From assembly GCF_003918875.1 (NCBI RefSeq), contig NW_025767523.1, positions 2,728,001 through 2,792,000 of the forward strand: DNA of 64,000 nt. Reading direction: 5' to 3'. The DNA is from Haliotis rubra (taxonomy: Eukaryota). Shown here in pieces: positions 54,806-64,000 of the stretch (the stretch's first letter is position 1; each line of letters starts with the position of its first letter). The notes beneath the pieces were generated by a model that was given only the letters and a program-made list of their open reading frames with translations, was not told the origin of the DNA and ran no database searches. The position numbers were made by a program, and so were the translations under genes.

Positions 54806-55324
54806 ATGTCAGACAGATTTCAGTTTCCACGTCGATATGCGTACGTTATTTACATCATACACAGACACACTATTCGCCACTTATTGTTTCCAGTGTTAAA
54901 TTAAAAGTCAAATCATAATACCACATATTCATAAGCAATACGTCTATCTCTGAGTGTTGTCGAGACAGAAATGTCGATACTGTAGACAGTTATGATTTGT
55001 ATCGTCGGTTAATATAAAAAACAGCCCGACAAAACCCAAAATCGAAAATGACAAGTCTTGCACAATCAAAGGTTTCAGCTAATTTGGTCCTTTGCCGAAA
55101 CATCTGCTGGTCAAAGGCGGACATCTCTCGGGGACCATGATAAACAACCAAACAAAATCAAATCTAGACCTATAGAACTGCAGTGTGGAAATAGTTTGAT
55201 CAAGTTTACACCTTATGTATGTTTGTAATAACATCGTATTTATCATTTCTGTTTCAGAAAAAGAGAAACTGTTAAAAGACCTTTCCAGATAGTCAAGACA
55301 TGGTTGACACCAAATGTGGGAGAC
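54806..55324 (+). CDS. Tentative first coding exons (54806-54840, 55258-55324) of the large low-complexity protein
   Basis: ATG directly after the promoter motifs; phase-2 GT-AG join gives MSDRFQFPRRYAKRETVK.... Linkage to the 59398 exon is not resolved. Confidence 0.4.
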
Positions 55325-55814
55325 GTACGTGTACATGTTATCTTTACAACAATGAATTTCTGTTTTAGAAACAGCAACAACCCGTCTGTACATGGATGGG
55401 ATATTGTTCCTTTATGTGGATATTGATGGATACATTCATCGTACAAGTTATCTGCCTGATTTTATTGATAAAACTTTTGTTTTCATTCATTTGTTGTAGC
55501 ATTGGACTTCACTTCATTTACGTTATCTTTGGGAATTTCTTCGATGGGAGACAGACAACACAAAATCGTTTTCTCAAGCCTTTTCATTGTAGGCATATAC
55601 GTGTAAAATATGATTGACTTTGGCAATTTGTGAATTGCCAAGATATTACAGTCATTTTACAAATTCACACAAAAACCTGGATCAACTAAAAATTTATTAT
55701 GAAGTTCCAAAGTGCATAAAACAGAAATTCATATATTATGGCTGGATTATAAACCAGATGTATAAAGATAACTTCACTCCATTTTCTTTCAGTCCTTACA
55801 CTTTTAGTCACTGT

Positions 55815-57911
55815 TAGTGGTGGGAATTGGTTGAAATTTCATAATCGATTATCGGTTGCTATCAGATTGTCCCATCCGATCAATGATTGATTGTATAATC
55901 GGTTATACTGATTAAGAATTAAATATTTTTACAACTTCCAAGGTGCAATTCTGTTACAAAACATTTGAACTCTGTTACAATACTGCAAATGAAATACAGT
56001 CAAATCCCGATGAGTCGTGTATTTCGTATGCATAACTTCGAAGTACTTGTCGGTCCCGACCATTTTTTAATTATTCATTTGAATACCGGTTACACCTAAT
56101 TGCCTCGAATACACAAAAGGAAATCCCATATCAGCAATCTTATACATAAGCCAAAGTCAGTCAATGAGTTGATTGGTGTAGCAAACTGATCCAATTAACA
56201 AAAACGTGACCTTTCCGCCATTGACGGTTGAGTTGAGGCAGATTAGTGCATCTAATCAAACTGAACCCTATTAAAACTCCTGAATAGGCAGAAGAATAAC
56301 TGGATTCTTTTTTCTACCCTCATAAGTTTGAATAATTATTGTCATTTGAGGCAATCGGGATTTGATTGTACAAAATCACAAAAGAACCCAAAAACTCCTG
56401 AATATAATATTTTTCATAAGTTTTAATAATTATTGTCATTTGAGGCATTGATCAACAAAACCCAAGTGTGTACCCAAAAAAATAAAACTAAATACTGACA
56501 GGCTACCAAGATATATACTACCCATCAAAAGTTTAGACTCACATGTATATATATATATGGTTGCATCGAGGATGAATTTCTCCACTAAACTTGGGGAACC
56601 AACTGCAAATATTATGCAGATGAATTGCATGAGGATCATGCATCAAATTGCTGAAAAGCATGTGCAACTATCATGCATGTGAACAGCTGCGTTTTGGTGT
56701 AAAGTTTTGTTAAGAATTCACCAATTTTCACTGAGTTTCATCATTTATTGAACTCATGACAATAATCTTTTCAATGTTACGAATTTGTTTTACAATACAT
56801 CAGTTCATGTGTAAACAGTACCTCTAAACAGTATGGAATATTTTACAAAATCTAGTTTAGAACAATTGACTGAAGTAAGTGGCTACATTTACACTAGTGA
56901 GTCTAAACCTTTGATGGGTAGTATAGAAAAGATGACTGTTCAATTCACTCTTTTATAGATTCTCCACAATCACAATAAATCCTCACAAATTTTTCAAAAA
57001 TTTGACCACTTTTTACACTAATGTACTGTATATTACTGTAGATAAGCCAAATTTTGTGGACCAAAAATAGCAGTCTGTAGAAGGGGGTCGACTTATCTAT
57101 GGTTTACACTTTTGTCAAACATTTGTTCAGGGGGTAAGAAAACAACATCGTATCGCTTTGCATGAACAAACAGACAAGAGAAGATGACTTTGCCAGAAAA
57201 GACGTAATTTGCAATTAAACATCACTAGACAAGATTATTTACCTTTTCAGTTCTAATTTGTTTTGCTAGGCATTGTATTGTATGCAGGGATTAAGATTAC
57301 CATGTGTATTTGTCTCGTATGTAAAGCCGGAAATTAGCAATCAGCTGTGAACACGCTTCCTGGCGATCTAGTTAAAACATACCCAATAATACAGTGGAAT
57401 GAATTCTGACGCAGTGAACATCTAAAACTGTTATTTTACCAAGAGAAATATATCCTAGCATTGTGTAATTTTACTTACAGGTTTTGCTCTATAAATGTAA
57501 AATATGTATAATCAATACTAAGGTTATATGGACCCTCACGAACATGGTAAAACTGAAGTTGTACGCGCATGGAATGAGGTGAAATACACATGCCAGTTTG
57601 TTGTGATCGCCAGCTGCAATAAATATGTAATTTTGCAAAACGAAATATATATGCGTATCCTTTTTCTGTCAACTACGCTTTATTTTGAGGCGTGAGTAGA
57701 CACAATATAATTGTGATTTCTGTGAATAAAGCAGATAGAAGGTATGATTATTGGTAACTGCCAGTTGTCTTTTTGTCTGAGTTCGGTATTCTTGACTGTT
57801 TTCATAAGAATTATTAGCGACAATCTTTTATGAAATTTTGCAATAGATTATCGCATCGGAAAATGGTAACCGATCAATTATCGATTATGATCGATCATCG
57901 GAACACCGTTA
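55815..57911. mobile_element. Old hAT-like non-autonomous element containing nested insertions
   Basis: ATCGATTATCGG-type subterminal repeats at both ends; imperfect 8-bp TSD GTCACTGT / GCCACAGT. Confidence 0.5.
56516..56923. mobile_element. Tc1/mariner-type MITE
   Basis: 27-bp TIR TACTACCCATCAAAAGTTTAGACTCAC / GTGAGTCTAAACCTTTGATGGGTAGTA with TA TSDs. Confidence 0.88.
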
Positions 57912-58376
57912 GCCACAGTGTTATGAAAGTAAACTTCAAAATGTTTGGAGCTGTTACCATCATAAACTGGATGGACATATTTTGTAGCCAGTTTGTAAAA
58001 TAACTGAAATTTCCCAATTAATCAAGACAAGCTGTGTTTGATCTTGTTGATCAATGGGAGGATATACTATCAATTGTGCTTACAGGTGACATAGTAGAGG
58101 TCGCAAACCAGTCAGGAATTATGGGATATCATCCAGGTACAAACAATAACAAAAGCAACATCGTGTCTCGGGGAATTGCTCTAGATAAGTGCCCCTTTAA
58201 GATCCCACTTATTCATTCTCTCACTCACACTTGGTTGGTATGCATATCAGTTTCTAAAAGTAGTTCAGTGTGTGCATTAACTATGTCAAGAAGTGCATTT
58301 TATGATGTAGAGAATATAAGCCCCATGACTGTCTGTATTATAGTTATTATTTACGAAGAGTACACATTATATTTTA

Positions 58377-58549
58377 GGCGGTGGGGTAAACTGGAGGTTA
58401 AAGCTTTCACTCGTCACACCGAAGACCCGGTTTCGATTCCCCTCCATGGGTACAATGTGTGAAGCCCATTTCTGGTGTCCCCTGTCGTGATATTGCTGGA
58501 ATATTGCTAAAAGCAGCGTAAAACCAAACTCACTCACTCACTCAGTCAG
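58377..58549 (+). mobile_element. SINE family A
   Basis: Consensus match with (CACT)n tail. Confidence 0.88.
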
Positions 58550-58835
58550 TTTATGTAATAAGACAGCCTTGTCGAGTTGTCATTTGTTTCAGCCTGCCAT
58601 GCCCAGGTCTAATTGCAAAGTCAATGAAGGTACTTATGCCACAGTTGAGAAATTATGCTTTTGATTTGCCTCTTGTTAAGACATTCAGGCAATTTTGGAT
58701 CTTGACCTCTTTCCCCACCTCTAACCCATTTCATCAGACCCACCAATCACCTTATTTTCTGTTCTTCAAGATAATATCATACCCTTGGCATGTGCTTAAC
58801 GCTACTCCATTAGTGGTTGTGAGTTACCTTATAAA

Positions 58836-59105
58836 CCCATGAAGATCCGGGTTAGAATTGGTCTTCAGTAACCCATGCTTGTTGTAACAGGCGACTAACG
58901 GGATCGGGTGGTCAGGCTCGCTGACTTGGTTGACACATGTCATCGTATCCCAATTGTGTAGATTGATGCTCATGCTGTTGATCACTGGATTGTCTGTTCC
59001 AGACTCGATTATTTACAGACCCGGCGGCATCTTGTTATAATACTGCTGAGTGCAGCGTTAAGCCAACCAACCAACCAACCAACCAACCAACCAACCAACC
59101 AACCA
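58836..59105 (+). mobile_element. SINE family C, best copy (no tRNA head, structured 5' end, (AACC)n tail)
   Basis: Imperfect TSD AGTTACCTTATAAA / AGTTAGCTTACATA. The 3' end resembles that of family A. Confidence 0.88.
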
Positions 59106-59397
59106 AGTTAGCTTACATACCGACACAGTTTGGCTTGATGTGAAATTTTCTATGTGATATGATTTTGAATTCAGATTCAGCATCATGGTACTGTAGATCT
59201 AATCCTTAATGATAACTACAAGCAAATCATTAGTTCTCTTATTTTGTATGAATTTTTAAAGTGAGGAAACACCCACTGATACATTTGACTTATGACAATG
59301 ACCTCTTGACTTTAGTCGTTAGTTTCAAACAATATCAATATCAATACCACAAAAATAGTGAATTTTCATGTCTATAGTCCCTATGCTTGTTTTGCAG

Positions 59398-62300
59398 TCC
59401 AACCCTGGCACATCAGATGCTGACAGTACAATACAGCATGAATTCCAGGAATCCTCCAGCCCAGATGGTGGGGACATTGAGTTCACAGCAGCTTCCAAAC
59501 CAGCTGATGCCCCTGTCGACCCTACTCTTGCAGAGACAGCAGAGAGCCAGGAAGGTCAACAGAAAGACATTGAAGCTGAACCTGGACCAACTGTTGAAGA
59601 GGCAGAGCCACCCCTCATCCAGGAGCCACCACCTGGAGCCAGCCAAGTGGAGCCTCACCATGATGTTCCCCCAGAGGAAACAGAACCAGAACAAGAAGAC
59701 CCTCTGCAAGTGTGCACCGAGGACCACCAGGACTCTGATCATGATGTTGAAATGCCTTGCATCCAAGATGCCCTCATGTTGGAACTCCAGTCACCTGAGG
59801 AGACTGTAGAAGCAACAAATCCCAAAAGCTGTACTGAACCAGGGTTGAAGGATGTGGAGCCTGATGATGCACTAGGCAATGTTGATCGATGGACTGTGAA
59901 GAATTGGACAGATGTTGGAAATCCTGAAACTCAGGATCAAGGCTCAGAAGAAGTACCAATATCGGAACAGGTGGTGGAAGCAACAAGGCCTCACACCATC
60001 AGTGATGTGCACCATGATGTTCCAGTCTCAGAACAGATGCCAGACATTACGGCATCGTCCTCTGAGGAAACTGCTGATCCAGCAAGCTCTAGTGTCAACG
60101 TTAGCGAGCAAGAAAAATCTGAATCTCTATCATCAGAAATTGTAAATGAAAACAGGGCTACAGAATTGTCTTCCAAAAACGGGAAGAGTACCCCAATCCA
60201 AAGTTCACCGACAAAGGAATTCTCAATTCGTCTTGACAGAATTGAAGTTGAAAAATACTTGTCGTCAAGTAATGGAAAGGGAAGTAGAGAGACCAAGACT
60301 GACAGAGGTTCAGCCTCACAAGAAACATCCAAGACATCAAAAAAGATTATTGGGTATAAAGAAGATAATGCATCAACATCTGATGATGAAGATGATGAAG
60401 ACAGGATAACATCAAGTACACATGTGGAGAAAACACCGAGGGAGAAAAGCCACCTGCAGTCAAAAGCATCAGAGAAGAAAAGTGCAACAAAGTCGCGTCC
60501 AAAATCAACAACAGTATTGCCTGAGGAGGATGTTCCTGGTTCTGAAGATACCATGGATTCTGAAACAAGTTTCCAACCAGTGGATGATGTGACAACCTCA
60601 CACAAAAATGTTGGAAAGGAACACACAGGAAAAGTAAGTAAATTAAGTCCATTGATAAAATCAGCATCTGTACGAAACAAGAAGAATCAAGCACGAACAG
60701 AAAGGGATACCAGTTCGCTTGAGTCAGATTCCTTCAACAAAGATGCATCCCCAGTGACGAAGAAAAGAGCTGCAGTTGAAGTCTCCAAACCTAAATCAGC
60801 CAAACAAAGGAAGAAAAGCCCCAAATCTGAATCTTCGCCACAATCAAAAGCAACAGTATTGTCTAATCAACAAAAGCTAAAGAGAAGTGCAAAAGGCCGT
60901 ACTCTATCACCAGATGTTGAGTTTTCAACATCAGATTCAGGATCCGGTAAAGTGAAACCACACAGAAATACACCACTTCGTAAAACTTCGCCTAAGATGA
61001 TCAAACCACATGAAGATTCAAGTTCTGAAATTAGTCAAGAGTCAGAAGTGGATGAATCATATAGACGCGCAAACTCTAGTAAAGCAAGATCAAGATTTAC
61101 GGAAAGCATGCCCATATTGGAAGAGGCTGTATCAAACAGACGTTCACATAGTCAGCGTAATCAAGGATGCTAAGTTGGATACAGAAGAAGACAATGTGAA
61201 ATCTAGAGGCAGGAAAAAGGTATAGCAGATCGAAATCTCTATCTCCCTCGGCTGATCTGCCAGGAAGAAGTGGAGGAAGAAACTAATGTGATATCAGGAA
61301 GTAGGGAAAAGTATGACAGATCCAAATCTCTGTCTCCATCAGTTGATCTTTCGGAAGATGAAGAGGAAGAAGACAATGTGAAATCTAAAGTTAAGCAAAA
61401 GTATGGCAGATCCAAATCTTTGTCACCATCTGGTGATCTGGAAGATGGAGAAGAAGAAGACACTGAGAAACCAATAGGGCGTGAAAGATATCACAGATCA
61501 GTCTCTAGGTCTCCTGCTGGTCAGGAGGAAGAAGAAGAGGAAGAACAACAGAGGATGAAGTCAACAGACATCGATGTCAGGACATTGCCTGGGGTTCCAG
61601 TAGCCACCTCAGGTGGTGAGGCTACAAATGATAGTGACTTTGATGCATCGTCGGTGAACACATCGCTGCAGCTGGAGATGGAGGATACGGAGGTCACGCC
61701 TCGAGGTGCCAGACATGCGTCAGTGATGACTGGGAGTCTGTGGAAAGGAAAGAAGATATCAGCACTGACAAAACGAGGAATGACGTCTCGTAAACTCGTA
61801 AAGACTACACGGTCAAGAGAAGAAGATACGCCAGTAAGATATTCAGACCTTTGATCCTTATAATATTTGTTTGAAATATTACCAATGTCCAATTTTTGGC
61901 TTTTCTAACTACTGTGTCTGTTTCCTAGTAAAATGCATCAGAAAGATTAATGCTGTCAATAGATCTCTTAGATACTCACAAGGTGCGGTGGGATAGTCCT
62001 GTGGTTAATGTGTTCTCCCATCACAGTGAAGACCAGGGTTTGATCCTCCACATGTGTGAAGCCTGTATTTAGTGTCCATTGACATGATATTGCTGGAATA
62101 TTTGCTAAAAGCAGTGTAAACATTCATAATGAATGCGATTATAATATATACTGAGTGAAAAAAATAAGGGATCACATGAAAGCACAAGTGTTCCTTTATT
62201 TCTTTCCAGGTTTCTTCACAAGCTTTGTATCGCATAACTTGTGAAGAAAACCTGGAAACAAATAAAGGAATACTTGTGCTTTCATCTGATCCCATTTTGT

Positions 62301-62808
62301 TTTCACTCAGTATATATTGAACATTTTTGGGGGTGTCCCAGCCACTTGCCGTATATTTTAGTCAAAATACTTATAATGAACTACAGTTACATCAAACTAA
62401 AATTAGAGGTCACTTTGAGTTCATTATAACAGTAGATTACCGTACATTTCTTCGAATATAGTTATTTTTGGATGTTAAAAATATAATAGTTAATCATATT
62501 GGGATTATGGCACGGTTTCCTTGTTCATGGTGTGCCTGGTCCAGTGATCATTTATGTCCAGCCATGATTAAGCTGAGATATGGATTTTTATGATGTGTAA
62601 TTACAAACTGTAAACTATGGGTTCTCTACTTCCCACCCAGGGCTTTGTTTCCACATCTCCATCACCTGCCAAGAAGAAGACTCAGACCAAAGACCAAAGA
62701 AAACCATCAACTTCACAAGCGTCTCGCAAGTCTCGCCCTGTGAAAAGGAAGAAGGCATCAAGACAGAACATGGACGATGATGACGAGGAGGAGGAAAGGT
62801 CACGAGGT
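59398..62808 (+). CDS. Internal exons (59398-61833, 62641-~62808) of a large acidic/Ser/Lys-rich disordered protein; gene probably continues beyond the window
   Basis: Acceptor TTTTGCAG at 59397, about 810 codons open apart from three +1 shifts at ~61150-61262, donor CCA/GTAAGA at 61833, in-phase next exon GFVSTSPSPAKKK.... Many SP/TP sites and basic NLS-like clusters; no recognisable domain. Confidence 0.75.
61982..62121 (+). mobile_element. SINE family A, decayed
   Basis: Consensus match. Confidence 0.7.
62149..62312. mobile_element. Near-perfect 164-bp hairpin MITE (Tc1/mariner-type)
   Basis: TACTGAGTGAAAA...GAAAGCACAAGTGTTCCTTTATTT pairs with AAATAAAGGAATACTTGTGCTTTC...TTTTCACTCAGTA; TA flanks. 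Confidence 0.88.
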
Positions 62809-62889
62809 CAGCAGAGAGACGTGTCCATGGTTATTGTTACCCTGATATTGTTACTCATTCTGGACTGAAGGTCAAGTGGGCTTGTTTTC

Positions 62890-64000
62890 TGGTGTGTTGT
62901 CTGTCCATCTGTTGTTGTGTTGTCTGTCCATCTGTTGTTGTGTTGTCTGTCCATCTGTTGTTGTGTTGTCTGTCCATCTGTATAGTGTTGTCTGTCCATT
63001 TGTTGTTGTCTGTCCATCTGTTGTTGTGTTGTCTGTCCATCTGTTGTGTTGTTGTCTGTCCATCTGTTGTTGTGTTGTCTGTCCATCTGTTGTGGTGTTG
63101 TCTGTCCATCTGTTGTTGTGTTGTCTGTCCATCTGTTGTCTGTCCATCTGTTGTTGTGTTGTCTGTCCATCTGTTGTTGTGTTGTCTGTCCATCTGTTGT
63201 GTGTTGTCTGTCCATCTGTTGTTGTGTTGTCTGTCCATCTGTTGTTGTGTTGTCTGTCCATCTGTTGTTGTGTTGTCCATCTCTGTTGTGTGTTGTCTGT
63301 CCATCTGTTGTTGTGTTGTCTTCCATCCATTGTTGTGTCCATCTGTTGTTGTGTTGTCTGTCCATCCCATGTTGTGTTGTGTTGTCTGTCCATTGTGTTG
63401 TCTGTCCATCTGTTGTTGTGTTTGTCTGTCCATCTGTTGTTGTTTGTCTGTCCATCTGTTGTTGTGTTGTCTGTCCATCTGTTGTGTCCATTTGTTGTGT
63501 TGTCTGTCCATCTGTTGTGTCTGTCCATGTTGTCTGTCCATCTGTTGTGTGTTGTCTGTCCATCTGTCCATCTGTTGTGTTGTCTGTCCATCTATCCATC
63601 TGTCCATCTGTTGTTGTCCATCTGTTGTTGTCTGTCCATCTGTTTGTGTGTTGTCTGTCCATCTGTTGTCTGTTGTCTGTCCATCTGTTGTGGTGTGTTG
63701 TCTGTCCATCTGTTGTCTGTCTGTCCATCTGTTGTGTGTTGTCTGTCCATCTGTTGTTGTGTTGTCTGTCCATCTGTTGTTGTGTTGTCTGTCCATCTGT
63801 TGTTGTGTTGTCTGTCCATCTGTTGTGTTGTCTGTCAATCTGTTGTCTGTCCATCTGTTGTTGTGTTGTCTGTCCATCTGTTGTTGTGTTGTCTGTCCAT
63901 CTGTTGTTGTGTTGTCTGTCCATCTGTATCCATCTGTTGTTGTGTTGTCTGTCCATCTGTTGTTGTGTTGTCTGTCCATCTGTTGTTGTGTTGTCTGTCC
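62890..64000. repeat. 23-bp minisatellite (TGTTGTTGTGTTGTCTGTCCATC)n running off the window
   Basis: About 50 units with length variants. Confidence 0.97.

Noticed and set aside
59413-60694. Overlapping antisense and alternative-frame ORFs
   Set aside because: They are shadows of the compositionally biased plus-strand exon.
62808-63979. Long minus-strand ORFs of 239-382 aa
   Set aside because: They are by-products of a stop-free minisatellite.

Overview
AT-rich, repeat-dense animal genomic DNA with spliceosomal introns. The repeat landscape suggests a mollusc, probably a gastropod such as abalone (inference only). I can support five protein-coding genes. (1) RACK1, minus strand, 7 coding exons, 8189-16748. 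(2) The PP2A catalytic subunit, plus strand, 7 coding exons, 17248-25034, head-to-head with RACK1 and only 500 bp ATG-to-ATG. (3) A 133-aa WBP1/VOPP1-like single-pass membrane protein with four PPxY motifs, minus strand, 5 exons, 29499-34681, mostly missed by the ORF track. (4) A single-exon BTB-BACK-Kelch CDS, 45834-47513. (5) The 5' part of a large low-complexity, probably nuclear protein, about 54806 to beyond 62808. Several exons carry 1-2 nt indels that look like assembly errors. Between and inside the genes lie decayed Tc1/mariner and MULE transposons, L1/Tx1-like LINE ends, many MITEs, Helentron-type tandem-repeat elements, satellites and three SINE families. Best leads: a SINE family with no tRNA head that begins with a conserved, covarying pseudoknot-like RNA structure (candidate self-processing or ribozyme head), and the very compact RACK1/PP2Ac bidirectional promoter.
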